Shown here piece by piece: positions 1 through 14,774 of a DNA stretch of 64,000 nt. The position numbers and the translations under genes are program-made. The stretch lies in assembly GCA_951406725.2 (NCBI GenBank), contig OX597838.1, positions 7,316,001-7,380,000 of the forward strand, read 5' to 3'. Each line of letters opens with the position of its first letter. Within the stretch, counting starts at the first letter, position 1. The notes beneath the pieces are model-generated. The model had not been told where the DNA came from, did no database searches, and saw nothing but the letters and a program-made list of their open reading frames with translations. This DNA comes from Octopus vulgaris (Eukaryota).

Positions 1-232
1 TCCTTCTTTCTGTCTTCAACTTTTCCTTATTTCTTTCTCCTTTACATCATTTCCATTTAATGCGAAATATTTCGAGTTAAGTGGCCTATTGATGGCATGA
101 AAAGTTTTAAAAGAACCCAATATATATTTACAGTTCAGTTTCTCTCTCTTTCTCTCTCGTTCTCTTTCTCTCTCATCTTGTCTCTCTCTCTCCCCATATA
201 CCTCACTATCTATCTATATATCTACCTATCTA

Positions 233-286
<54 letters not shown>

Positions 287-466
287 ATATCGCTCTCTCC
301 CTCTCTCTCTATATATATATCTATCTATCTATCTATCTATCCATATGTATATATATACACATATATATATATATACACACATGTATGTGCTTGTGATTTA
401 TATATGCATATATATGTATATCTTTCTATATATAGACACACATACACACACACATATATATATATC

Positions 467-507
<41 letters not shown>

Positions 508-613
508 TGCATATATACATATATTTATATACGTGTGTATGTATGTATATCCATTAGACAGCTAGAGAGAGCCAGAAACAGACATACAGACACATAAACA
601 GAGAGATAGATAT

Positions 614-674
<61 letters not shown>

Positions 675-888
675 AACAGTGAAGCTTATACAGATATACT
701 GTTACTCTAAGTTAACTGCCAATACTGATACAGTTGCCTCTGCCGAGTATATTTAAGTGGTAAGTCTCCGGACAAGCTACGGTGGAGAAACACTATTCGG
801 ACTGAGCAAAATTCTTTTCTAGACTTTCTAAACCCAAACATTCACACGCACGCACGCACACACACACACATACACGCACTGTATATAT

Positions 889-1208
889 GGAGCCAAATGG
901 CACATATCCTAGTGGTTAGGGCAGCAGACTCGCTGTCGATGAATCGCAGGTTCGAATCTCACACTGGGCGATGTGTGTGTTTATGAGAGAAACACCTAAG
1001 CTCCACGCGGCTCCGGCGCAAGGCAATGGCGAACCTCTGCTGACTCCTTCGCCACAACTTTCTCTCACTCTTTCCTCCTGCATCTTGCAGCTCACTTGCG
1101 ACCGACTGGCGTCCCGTTCAGGTGGGGAACCTATACGCCAAAGAAACCGGGAAACCGGTCCTTATGAGCCAGGTATGGCTTGAGAAGGAACACACAACAA
1201 CAACAACA
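889..1208 (+). mobile_element. tRNA-derived SINE (family C head, V-domain-like body and family D tail), full length
   Basis: tRNA-like head (TAGTGGTTAG...GGTTCGAATC B-box) shared with 38572; GCGACCGACTGGCGTCCCGTTCAGG V-domain-like block; (CAA)n tail; 8-bp direct repeat GTATATAT at 881-888 and 1209-1216 (TSD). Resembles octopus OR-type SINEs (recollection). Confidence 0.85.
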
Positions 1209-1259
1209 GTATATATCACGCTGCACACATTCACACAAACACACTCACACATATACATA

Positions 1260-1402
1260 TGTTTCCGTCTACCAAATCTATTAAAAAGCTTTGAACAGTC
1301 CCAGAGAATAGCGGAAGACACCCAAGATATTACGCAGTAGACTGAACCCGGGATCATGTGGTTGGTAAGCAACCTACTTACCATATAGCCACCCCTGCAC
1401 CT
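1260..1402 (-). mobile_element. SINE family A 5' part (tRNA head + CORE-like domain), diverged
   Basis: Reverse complement aligns by eye to 13350-13500 (GGTGGCTATATGGTAAGTAGG...GGGTTCAGTC...GATTTGGTAGACGGAAAC). Confidence 0.8.
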
Positions 1403-1453
<51 letters not shown>

Positions 1454-1574
1454 TGTATATATATATGTATATATATATATATACATAAATATATATACAT
1501 ATATACATATATATCTATGAACAAATATATATTTATATATGCACACATACATATATTTATACATATATAAATAA

Positions 1575-1606
<32 letters not shown>

Positions 1607-1755
1607 TTGTATGTGTGTGTATATATAAATATATATTTGTCCATATATATATATATGTATATATGTATTTATATAAATATAAATGTTGATATATATATCT
1701 ATATATATATACATAGATACATATATTTATACATATATATATATATACACACACA

Positions 1756-1827
<72 letters not shown>

Positions 1828-2528
1828 CAGATGCATTTAGAACACGCGCACTTTTTTCCTCATGTATGCGCGCGTTCAAAGCGAGGCTTGATATCTGAAA
1901 GGGGTTTGGCGCGGGATATGAAGCAATGAAAGATAAAATGGGTTAGAAAATGTTCTTTATCGCATTGTAGCAACATTTAAAAATAAAACCTATACATATA
2001 TATATATATATATATATATATCAAAGGTTACCTTTGCATGCATTAACATGTACGTTTTTGTCTGCATGTGAACGCACGCACCATTCTAAGATTGTTTCCT
2101 GTTTTAATACCTTCTAACATATTCTGATGTAACGACGATGCTGCATGCTTCAACCCTCCAGGAAACAAATATCACATCATGATGGTTTTATTTGATTTTA
2201 CTTCTCTTTAGATATGCGTAAACACATAAGTACAGGCACACATACACACGCTGAGGCACATGCATATATGTGTGTATATATGTATATATATGTATCTATC
2301 AATCTATATCTTTACCTATCTTTCTCTCTCTCTCTCTATATATATATGTGTATGTATATTCATATATATATATATATATATGCATACACATATATATATA
2401 TATTTGAATGTATATATAAATGTATATATATATGTATATACATATAAATAGGTATTTATAAATATATATATGTATGCATATATCTATACATATGTATATA
2501 TACATATCTATATAAATATATAAATATT

Positions 2529-2589
<61 letters not shown>

Positions 2590-2690
2590 GCACATATGTA
2601 TGTGTTCATTTACACACACACGCACACACTTGTTTCTGTGAACAATACAACCAGCCACACGCGTGCGCGCATATGTACATACATTCGTAC

Positions 2691-2748
<58 letters not shown>

Positions 2749-3946
2749 ATGAGAAATTGAGAGAGAGAGAGATGGGGAGACAGAGAGTGTGAGAGAAAGA
2801 GAGAAAGTTGTGTGGGGTGTATTCGAAATGCTGAAAATAAATTATCAAAATGCAAGCCGCACAATAAAAATTCTTGCAAAAACGTAAAAGGTAAAATTCA
2901 AACAAGAAAAATAACAAATAATCTATTTAAAAACGAATTAAAAACACAAATATTATGTATTAATGGAAATGTAACGAAAAACTATAATTGACGGGTAAAA
3001 GTGAACCTTTTGTTAGTGGAGTGAGCACAAAATTGGAATCCATAAAATTTTGAAGCCGTTTTAGATTCAGCAAAGAATACTCGTTAAGTGTAACCTGAGG
3101 ATAATCAATGTAACTTCCATTGTGTAAATGTCCGCCATATTTTGTTCTTTTGGTTATTTTTATTGCGTGTGCATTAGTGTGAATGAATGAGTGTGTGAGT
3201 GGCGGGTGGATGGATGGGATGTATGTACGTGTGTGTGTGTATATATATGTGTCTGCGAGTGTGTGTGTGTGTGTGTGTGAGCTGGTACGTTTTTCGCAAA
3301 CACGTGTGTTTTTAGGAGTTTTCCTCCATTTAGTGCTGTGTTTTTGAGAAAGAAAACGCCACGTGTGTGTAAGAATGTGTATGTATGTGTATGTGTATGT
3401 GTATGTGTATGTATGTGCCAGTGTGTGTGCGAATGTGTGTGTGTGTGTGTGTGTGCGTGTATCTAAATTTGCGTGTCGGAGTTTGCGAATATGTTTCTTT
3501 CGGAATGTTTTATGTGCATAGCAAATTTGAGGTGACATGATGTGTCTGAAGAAAGTACGAAATAACGGCGCACATTTTCAACAGCATAGAATTGCATAGG
3601 AGCAACGATTAAAAAAAAAATATATGACCATCCCAGATACAGAAACACTTCCATATGCAAAAACACACACACAAACACAAACTTCTATATTTATGTTTGC
3701 GTCTATGGAAGCTTGGTTCGGTTATTTTTATATATATGCAACTCGCAGTCTGTCTATCTGTCTATTTATCTGTGTATCTATCTATTATTCTATCTATCAT
3801 TCTATCTATCATCTATCTATCTATCTGTCTATCTATCTATATTATCTATTAATCGGTCTTTCAGTTTCTCTCTCTCTCTTTTTCTCTCTCATTCTGTATA
3901 TATTTATATGTATATATTTATATGTATATATATATATATGTATATA

Positions 3947-3996
<50 letters not shown>

Positions 3997-4040
3997 TATA
4001 TGTGTATATATATATATATATGTATGTATATAAATGTATA

Positions 4041-4073
<33 letters not shown>

Positions 4074-4274
4074 GTAAATATATATACACACACGCACACA
4101 CAATATCACTCACACACAGACACATATATATGTTTGTGCATATATATGTTTGTATATGTGTGTATATATATATATGCATACATACATATATACATATAGA
4201 TATGTATATACATTCATATATATATAATTGCATACACATATATGGATTTGTGTACATGTGTGTATGTGATTCTG

Positions 4275-4307
<33 letters not shown>

Positions 4308-4634
4308 GTGTATGTGTGTGTGAATCTGTATATTTATGGCTATGTGTGTGCCTGTGCCTTTGTCTGTGTGTTTGAGTTCACGTGAGCTTGTGTGCATGTA
4401 TATATTGCTAATGTGACTAGTGTCTCATTTGAAAAGTGCTTCGTGTTAAACGGAAAATGCGTTCTTAGTGTTGAAGATACGCTTGTTTTTGTGCATTCCC
4501 GCTCTGTGTTCCTGATAGAAAGAACCATCTAGCAATAACCAAAGCACTTATTTATACATGCTCATATATATATTTATACATAAAAATATTTAGCAAGTCT
4601 CTCTGCATACATATATATATATATATACATACAT

Positions 4635-4673
<39 letters not shown>

Positions 4674-4705
4674 AGTCATATACAGGCTTTAGTTTCATTT
4701 GTATG

Positions 4706-4767
<62 letters not shown>

Positions 4768-4864
4768 TACATATATATATGCATACGTATACGGCTAACT
4801 TGCAGCAGAACTTAAAATCCATGCAAACGTGCATGAAGTGTTGTCTATAATTTGTAAATGCAGG

Positions 4865-4913
<49 letters not shown>

Positions 4914-5186
4914 CTGTGTGTATGTGTATGTATATATGTATTAATGCATGCATACACACATACATGTATGTATATACATGCACACAAATATAGGAAATTT
5001 TGTGCACGCATGACTCTTATGTGCAAGTACGCATGCAAAACAAACACAGACGTGTATCATAAATTGACATTTGTAAGAATTATGCATGTTTACACCCACA
5101 TACACACTCATATATATAAATATGTACATATGCATAGACGTATGTATATATATACGTGTATATATATATATATATGTATATATATG

Positions 5187-5287
<101 letters not shown>

Positions 5288-5509
5288 GTATACATATTTG
5301 CTCTGATGTTGAATTATACATGCTTATACGGCGCACGCTTGAACACACTCAAATCTCGTACTTCCGTATAATATATTCGCTTATATGTATGATCACAAAC
5401 GTATAAGTGTTCTGATTTCATATGTACACCCACATATATACACATTTATATGTAGATGCGCATAATCAATGACTAAACAAATACATACAAATATGCGCAT
5501 GTGAATGTG

Positions 5510-5583
<74 letters not shown>

Positions 5584-5671
5584 TGTGTCTGTGTATGTGT
5601 GTCTGTGTGTGTATATGTGTATATATATGTATATATATATATATATATATATTTACATACATATACATGTA

Positions 5672-5720
<49 letters not shown>

Positions 5721-5960
5721 ATGTATATGCGCATTTGTTTGTCTGCGTGTTTAGATAGATGTATATAAATATGTTTTGAAGAAAAAGTTGGATTTATTTT
5801 AAATAACCCGACGATAAAATAAAAATTTATACATTAAATACATACACACAAACAAACACACACACAAACACATACACAGACACACACACTTACACATAAA
5901 TATATATATATATATATGAATGTATATATATATATATATGATATATATATATATATATAC

Positions 5961-6010
<50 letters not shown>

Positions 6011-6544
6011 GTATATATATATATATATACATATGTATATATATATATATATATATAATATATATATAAGATATACACAAACTGTGTTTGAGTTACAACC
6101 AAACAGGTGTGTTGTGTGAAATATGATATAGAAAACACTTAAGGAAATATTCTTTTAAAAAAAATCAACAGATTTTGACACATCTTAAAAGTGATATTTT
6201 GTTGCTTTTCTACATCTTGTTGTCGTAGTTTGTTGTTATTTCGATAAATGCTGTTTACGCGCTCTTCATTGGGAAGCTTGGATTAAAAATAAAGTTTAAG
6301 AAGAAAAGAGAAACTCATCTAAAAACGAGTTAATCTTTTTTTTTTTTTTCTTTGAAATTTGCGAGTGGTGATATACGTAAACACAAGCATACGTATACAT
6401 ACTTACATACAGACGCGTATAAATATGTTCTGTATGAAATATAATTTCCTCATTTCCTCTTTGAACGAATGTATGCAGGTATGTTTCTATGTATTTAAAA
6501 ATCTATAGGTGTGTGTATCTATATGACTGTCTATCTATCTATCA

Positions 6545-6596
<52 letters not shown>

Positions 6597-6598
6597 CC

Positions 6599-6670
<72 letters not shown>

Positions 6671-6843
6671 ATATATATATATATATATATTTGTGTTTGT
6701 GTTTCTGTCTATGTGTGTATGTGTGTATGTATGGACGGATGCTAACTTCCTGAAGGTCCTTGACATAATATTAAAATTATGTAGACACCTCTACGTTCGT
6801 ATGTATAAATGTAAATAAATATTTATATCTACATACATACAAG

Positions 6844-6886
<43 letters not shown>

Positions 6887-6965
6887 TTACATATATGAAT
6901 ATGCGTGTGTGTATGTGTATATATATATATACATATACACATACAAACAAACACACGCACATATG

Positions 6966-7103
<138 letters not shown>

Positions 7104-7947
7104 TGTATTGTATGTATGTATGTGGGTGTATGTTTGTTTTTCGGTGTGTCTTTTTGTGTAGAAATAGTTAAGTAAAGACTTCAGAGTTAATGTAAAGTAT
7201 AAATTCAATTCCTTCGGGCTAAAGTGTAATTGATCTAATTGTAAGGTCTTCTTCCTGAAAGGCTTGGTGAATGGTTATTTTTAAATTATCAAAATCCGGT
7301 TGCGTAAAATTTTGTTATGATAGACCGGAGAAAAAAATATATTTGTGTATTGCATCATGTCTTCTGTCGGTTATAGTTCGATATCAAACTGGATCTTGCA
7401 TCACCTCAGGTAGAAGCGAGCGGAGGTGTTGAACAAGAACTCTTTTAGGCACTGCTTGTCTAAGCTGTTTTGTCAACAAGGATGTTCAATTCTGTCAACT
7501 TAGATCTAGCACCTCAGTTAATGCGAAACAAATTTGTTTATCTTAATCACAACACCCAGCTAATTTTATCTACTATCGTATTTCCATAGGTTCTATATAC
7601 AAAGAAAATTGTTCTGTATATAAAGAGTTGGATCACTGTTATCATCATGATGGCGTGGTGATCTGATGAGCTGGCTTCTTTTTATCTGCATTGATTTCTA
7701 AATATAAAATATGCTGCACGCGTATTAGTGCAGACAGGTAAAAATATTTAATATAAACTATTACGTTATGAGAGCCGCAAAACTGGTGGACAACAAACGG
7801 TAAAATGAGTAAATCCATCTCTCATAATTCCTACCTTTTGATGGTTACTTAATTACATCTACACACGCAAACACGTTACACTTATGTACATGTATGTATG
7901 CATATGTACGTCTGTAATGTATGTGTGTCTGTGTGTGTGTATGTGCA

Positions 7948-8856
7948 CAGACGTGGCCAAACGTTTGGAGTATTTCTAAAAATAGTTATAACTTTTATGC
8001 CCAAGTTCTAATTCAATTCAAATATATATAACACAGTGACGTATGTATCTACTAGCTGATCCAATGGTTTAATTCTAATATCCACATCTATGTTCCAAAT
8101 TTTTGGCCACGATTGTTCATATAAAAAAACATGTGTGTGTGTGTTTGCGTGTGTGTATGTGTGTGTGTGCGTTTGTGTGTGTGTATGTGTCTGTGTGTGT
8201 GTGTACAGTTGTGGCCAAATGTTTGGAGCATTTCACAAAAAAGTTTAAAGTTTTATGCCCAGGTACAAATTCTATTTATATATATACATCGCAGAGACAT
8301 ACGTATCTACTAGCTGATCCAATGGTTCAATTCTTATACCCACATCTATGTTCCAAATTTTTGGCCACGACTGTTCATATAAAAAACGTATGTGTGTGTG
8401 TGTATGTGTGTGTGTGTGTGTGTGAGCGTGCGTGTGTGTATTTACAGTCGTGGCCAAACATTTGGAGTATTTCTTTAAAAAATTGAAGTTTTTATGCCCA
8501 AGTACAAATTCGATTTATATATACACAACGCAGAGACATATGTATCTAATAACTGATCCAATGGTTCAATTCTAATATCCACATCTATGTTCCAAATTTT
8601 TGGCACGGCTGTTCATATAAACATGTGTGTATGTGTGTGTGTGTGTGTGTATGTGTGTGTGCGTATGTGTGTGTGTGTGCGTGTGTACGTGTGTGTATGT
8701 GTACAGTCGTGGCCAAACGTTTGGAGTATTTCTTTAAAAAAATTGAAATTTTGATGCCCAAGTACAAATTCGATTAGAGACATACGTATCTAATAACTGA
8801 TCCAATGGTTTAATTCTAATATCCACATCTATGTTCCAAATTTTTGGCCACGATTG
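7948..8856. mobile_element. Four tandem copies of a ~168-bp Tc1/mariner-type MITE separated by (TG)n
   Basis: Copies at 7948-8115, 8206-8373, 8445-8611 and 8704-8856; termini CAGTCGTGGCCAAA...TTTGGCCACGACTG are inverted repeats; TA precedes copies 2-4. Confidence 0.85.
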
Positions 8857-9612
8857 TTCATATATATACCCGTGTGTGTGTGTTTGTGTGTGTACGCGTG
8901 TGTGTATGTGTGCGTCTGTGTGTTTCCTGAGTCGATGATAAATTTTGCTTACAAGCGTGGTACCGTGTCTCTTCATTTCAGTCTTAAATAACAAAATTGA
9001 AAACTGACCGAGAGTATGAAAAGAAAGAATTTTGCAACATGTCGCGAATATTCAAGCAGCTGCAGAGAAGGAAGAGGACTACGCTACATTTCTCTATAGA
9101 TTAATCGATAGATCTATTCCATTCCGGGAAAGCAAAAGCATTTCTGAATGTAGCACCTCGCTATCTGAAAGACTTCAAACGCAAAGAATCTTCTCCAGGA
9201 ATCAGTTCAAGTAAGTGCATTAATTCTGGATATCAAAACAATATAGATTATTTTGTTATCTTTATCTTTGATCGTATCACACAGTTACCTAAAATATATA
9301 TCCATGATTATGACAAATGCGGCTGAAGTCGCACACATTTTTTAAACGTTCAATTGCGTCTGATTGTTTTTTATTGTATGTTTTTTGCAATATGTATAAA
9401 TGATGTTTACATGGCCATGTCGATTGGGTGCATTCATTAAGTATTCGACACACACCTAGTATATATATATATTCACTCATATATGTGTGTGCGTGGATTC
9501 GTGTATGTTTGTAAATACATATGTACGTATGTATATGTACAAGTATACACGTACATATACATACGTACATGCATATATATATTTTTTTTATTTTTTTTAT
9601 TTTTTTTTTTTG

Positions 9613-9660
9613 TACTTGTTTCAGTCATTTGACTGCGGCCATGCTGGAGCACCGCCTTTA
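9613..9660 (-). mobile_element. SINE family A 3' tail fragment
   Basis: Reverse complement TAAAGGCGGTGCTCCAGCATGGCCGCAGTCAAATGACTGAAACAAGTA matches 13699-13747. Confidence 0.85.
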
Positions 9661-9661
9661 G

Positions 9662-9820
9662 AGTGGTGAAAGAGTACAGCAGGGATCACCACCATCCCCT
9701 GCCGGAGCCTCGTGGAGCTTTTTAGGTGTTTTCGCTCAATAAACACACACAACGCCCGGTCTGGGAATCGAAACCGCGATCCTCCGACCGCAAGTCCGCT
9801 GCCCTAACCACTCGGCCATT

Positions 9821-9824
<4 letters not shown>
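9662..9824 (-). mobile_element. SINE family C, short form (tRNA-Arg-like head)
   Basis: Near-identical to the reverse complement of 38577-38737; A/B boxes present. Confidence 0.9.
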
Positions 9825-9874
<50 letters not shown>

Positions 9875-9941
9875 GGTGCATATATATGTATGTATGCACG
9901 TAAATACATGTATATACACACAGGCATAGTTTTAGCTTTTT

Positions 9942-10085
9942 TTACTTGTTTCAGGCATTTGACCCCAGAACTTATTCTTTGTAAGCCTAGTACTTATTCA
10001 ACCGCTCTGTTTTGCTGGACCGCTAAGTTACGGAGTCGTAAACACACCAGCATCGGTTGTCAAACGCTGTTGGGGGGACAAACAC
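9942..10085 (-). mobile_element. SINE family A 3' half with internal deletion
   Basis: Matches 13560-13750 in reverse (GACAACCGATGCTGGTGTGTTTACG...AATAAGTACTAGGCTTACAAAGAATAAG...CCTGAAACAAGTA). Confidence 0.8.
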
Positions 10086-10156
10086 ATATTCACAAACAAA
10101 CATATACACACACACAAACACACATACACTCACACACACACACATACACACACACA

Positions 10157-10240
<84 letters not shown>

Positions 10241-10436
10241 CATATGGATGTATATATGTGTGCTTCTGTGTGTGTGGATTATCAGCTGTACGTAAAGTCA
10301 GATATAACTAAAAAAAAATATATTTTGTTTTGTAATTTTGACCTCAGATATCAACTCATTTTGTCGGTTGAGGAGAGTGCAAACTACATTATCATTTCGT
10401 ATAACAAAGATATATTAGACCAATTAAAATGACTGC

Positions 10437-10491
<55 letters not shown>

Positions 10492-10734
10492 GATACACAT
10501 ATATTAACGCATACTTATATCCAAGTGCCTCATGAATCGGGGACGCACGCACTGAATATAAGGATAACGCACTCCCTTGCTTTAAGAGAATTAATCCTTT
10601 CGCATGCGACGCCTTTTACGTTATCTCGATCTTCAGGTGATAGTCGCATCATTTTTGTATTCGAACCCATTATGCCACCCCCTCTCACCCTCTCTCCCTT
10701 TCTCCCTTTCTCCCTCTCCCTCTGTATATATATC

Positions 10735-10958
<224 letters not shown>

Positions 10959-11129
10959 TAGTTTGATAAAATTTTATTTAATATTTCTTTCTCACATATG
11001 GTTTTATACGCTCCTTGTATTCTCTTGTATTGTACGATGTATTGTATATGTTTTGTAGAGAGATGCATTAAGGGGCTCTTTTCTTTTTCAGTACTACTGG
11101 ATTACTTGAAATCATATACTGTGAGTTTA

Positions 11130-11189
<60 letters not shown>

Positions 11190-11294
11190 CATAGTTAATC
11201 CAAACATGAAAACACAAAGAGCAAACACAACAACGCGAGTACGTGGAACAAATGTAGTATTATTGGACGCTCGGGAAGGAAGGGAAGAAGGAGG

Positions 11295-11329
11295 GTTTAA
11301 CGTTTCGAGCGGAGCTCTTCGTCAGAAAC
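11295..11329 (-). ncRNA. Minimal type-I hammerhead ribozyme motif in a Penelope-like repeat end (~11185-11400)
   Basis: Minus strand GTTT-CTGACGA-A-GAGC-TCC-GCTC-GAAACGT-T-AAAC: core CUGANGA/GAAA, stem II GAGC/GCUC, stem I GUUU/AAAC, palindromic ACGU stem III. Confidence 0.75.
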
Positions 11330-11420
11330 ATAGGAAAAGGAAAGATCCAGAGAAGGGAAGTCGGAGGAAAAAAAATCGCCAACGGTACACACGCGGTCAC
11401 ACATATATATACATACATAT

Positions 11421-11488
<68 letters not shown>

Positions 11489-11907
11489 ACATGTGTGTGT
11501 ACATACCAACCTAAGTATATTCATATATGTTGATTAGGTAAGTTATAAAGGATTGGTATAAAGTGGTTTACATGCCGCTTACGCACTTCTAAAATTCCCC
11601 AGGTACAAGTTTCATGATCATTGCTTGACCCGAGTTTCATAATTCTAAGTCTTGATTGTACACAATCTCTTTTCTCTATTCCACATCTTTATATCAGGTC
11701 TATTGTGTTTATATTTCATTGAGGTTTTCACTGGGACATTCCACCAGAAATCCTTATTATGAGTGGTTATGGCTTTTACCATACCATGTTTCTTTTCTTT
11801 GTACTAAGGGCTGTCATTTCGAGGGATTTCATTGTATGTGTGTATGTACATATATATGTATTTATATATGTATGTATGAATGTATACTTGTATTTATATC
11901 TCTCTCA

Positions 11908-11944
<37 letters not shown>

Positions 11945-12717
11945 TATATACGTATGTATGCATATATATATATATATATGTATATATGTATATATATATG
12001 TATATATATATATATATATATATTTACATGAATATCCATCTATATATATATATATCAATCTGAATATATATGTGTGTGTGAGAGAGGGAAATTCTGTCTA
12101 TTTGTATGTGGGTGCGTGGGCGTGTGTGTATTGATCATCTACATACTGTATATAATCAATACGATGCAAGACTTCGCGTCCTTCCTCAGCCAGTACTACA
12201 ACAACAACCACAGCAACACCAGCAACACCAGCAACAACAGCAACCAGAATTAAAGAATGATTCTTCTATTAACATTGCTAGATGCAATCTTATTAACGCA
12301 TTTGTTTTTGCCAAAGGTAGCGCAGACCGTTTATTCTTTCCTTTCGCAATCGACTTATTCTTTCCCTAAATATCCATTCAGGAAAAAGGGCAAATGCCAC
12401 AAACCTATTACATTTATCAAACAAATAGTATTAATACTAAATCTCTGCCCCGCCCCCCCACCACCCTGGTCTCTCACTCTCCTCTTTCTCTCTCTCTGCA
12501 TCTATCTATGTATCGAAATCCCAGCGCTGCCGTGATATAGAGTTAAGTTCTCTATTTCTGGAAGGGAACGATTTTAGATTGAGCCTCGGTTCCATTTCAT
12601 GGTAAAATGTGAACGTACAACGACACACACACACACACAAACTCCTCCACGTTCTATCTGTAAGCACATACACGTTCGCATGCACAAACGCCCGGACAAA
12701 CGGTCAAATGAGCGCCT

Positions 12718-12767
<50 letters not shown>

Positions 12768-12847
12768 ATCCGTATGTATTTATATAGTTATACAGACAGA
12801 TAGATAGATACATAGATATACAGACACATGCATACATACATACATAC

Positions 12848-13292
12848 ATTATTATTATTATTATTATTATTATTATGGCTGCCCCCTCGTTACCGAGTAT
12901 GGCCATTGCACGAAGCTTAACTGTTATTGGTGCTGTGATCGTATGTGACTTTTTAACCCAGCTAAAGATCTACAATGTCTTGTACAGAATTGGCAGCTAA
13001 AACCTTTACTGGTAATAGCCGGCTGTAGTTGTAACTGGGCTTCATGTACCTTTGCATGTCGTTTAAGTCCTCCTGCCGTATTACACTCACTTGCATATGC
13101 CCGACAGATATGATTAGTAAAGTGTGTAACACCACCACCAGTGACCAGGTTGTCACTCATCTGTCTCGTTTTATGACTACGACGATGACTCATGAGTCCA
13201 GCTTTACTGAGGCAGGGTCTTGCACAGACACTGCATGTCAGCATCATAGGAAGACCCTTCCCATCTGGAAGTATAACAGCTGGAACTCATCA
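12848..13292 (-). mobile_element. 3' fragment of an RTE-clade LINE encoding three C2H2-type zinc fingers
   Basis: ORF 12924-13247: CSVCARPCLSKAGLMSHRRSH / CRAYASECNTAGGLKRHAKVH / CQFCTRHCRSLAGLKSHIRSQH, matching the CxxCxRxCxSxxGLxSHxRxH C-terminal motif of RTE/BovB-like ORFs; short 3' UTR with stem-loop CTCG-GTAA-CGAG and (ATA)n tail. Confidence 0.75.
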
Positions 13293-13349
13293 TATTTGTT
13301 TAATTATCTTCAAATAAGGAATCAAAATGTTTTTATTTTCTTTGTTTAC

Positions 13350-13754
13350 ATAGGAGTGGCTGTGTGGTAAGTAGCTTGCTAACCAACCACACGATTCCAG
13401 GTTCAGTCCCACTGCGTGGCATCTTGGGCAAGTGTATTCTACTATAGCCCCGGGCCGACCAATGCCTTGTAAGTGGATTTGGTAGACGGAAACTGAAAGA
13501 AGCCTGTCGTATATATGTATATATATATATATATATATGTGTGTACGTGTTTGTGTGTCTGTGTTTGTCCCCCCTAGCATTGCTTGACAACTGATGCTGG
13601 TGTGTTTACGTCCCCGTCACTTAGCGCTTCGGCAAAAGAGACCGATAGAATAAGTACTGGGCTTACAAAGAATGAGTCCCGGGGTCGATTTGCTCGACTA
13701 AAGGCGGTGCTCCAGCATGGCCGCAGTCAAAATGCCTGAAACAAGTAAAAGAGT
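13350..13754 (+). mobile_element. SINE family A, full length (tRNA head, CORE-like domain, internal TA/TG microsatellite, LINE-derived tail)
   Basis: TGGCTGTGTGG A-box, GGTTCAGTCCC B-box, CTTGGGCAAGTG CORE-like motif, tail GGCGGTGCTCCAGCATGGCC...CTGAAACAAG; about ten related copies in the window. Confidence 0.9.
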
Positions 13755-14774
13755 ATATGGATAAACGACAAACAGGTGTAATAACTTTAGAAGAAGTTTT
13801 GTTGATATATAAATTCGTCTGAGAATATAATTATCAAATTCAATTTCATTCCATCCCTGTGTGAGCGCGCAATATTCATCGACACCCCCCTCCCGATGCT
13901 ATCTGTTTCCATTTATTTACGTATCCAGTTTTAACGGCTTTGCGTTCGTTTTTAATCTGGTACAGAGCATCACATTAACTTCTATAATTAGGCATAAATA
14001 TCTGTGAGAGATGACATTGAACTCACGTCACGCGCTTCTTGCTTCACGAGTGACTGTCTTTAGATGTGCCTCTCTCCGTCACGATGTCTAGTCAAATATT
14101 TAACAATTATAGTTTTGCGAATTAATTATTACTAAAAGTTTATTGGTATACTCATTATGTGTGAAATCATCTCATTAGAACAATACACAAACAGATCTGC
14201 ATACAAACGTACATACACACGTATTTACATACGTATACATGGCTAATAAACAATTAAAAAGTGTGTATATTTTGTACATAATAATACATTAATAGCACGG
14301 CTGTCTTAATTGACAGTAATTTAAATCAATTCTCTAATGATGTTTACTCAACAGAGTAAATAGAAATCGAATTAACAACATTTGTAAATCAGCATCGAAG
14401 AGTAATATTCTTGTTTGCTTCCATGTTTGCAGACGTGTTGTCTCTATTGTACGCGGCGGCTACACATACACACACCTCTACAGATAAACACACACAGAGA
14501 TATGCGTATGTATATACATACATACATACATACATATATATATATATAAATACATACATATATATATGTATCTATGAATATATATATATTGGCAAACATG
14601 TACGCGTATATATGCACATATTTATATGCATACGCACCTAAGTTATTATGTGTGTATGTGTGTGTGTGATTTTAATGTGTTTGAATGAGTATGAATAGAG
14701 GAGAATTTTAGCAGACAAACAAAAGAGATTAATTGCTTCAAATATTTTTCTATATTAATAGACAATTATTATTA

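Noticed and set aside
7948-8856. Repeat-spacer pattern resembling a CRISPR array
   Set aside because: Units are ~168 bp with TIRs, spacers are TG microsatellite, the context is eukaryotic and no cas genes are present.
9032-9216. Possible exon ending at GTAAGT
   Set aside because: No recognisable protein similarity in any frame and no partner exons.
12106-12369. Poly-Q ORF suggesting a transcription factor exon
   Set aside because: The Q run derives from a CAA/CAG microsatellite; no recognisable domain or convincing splice sites.
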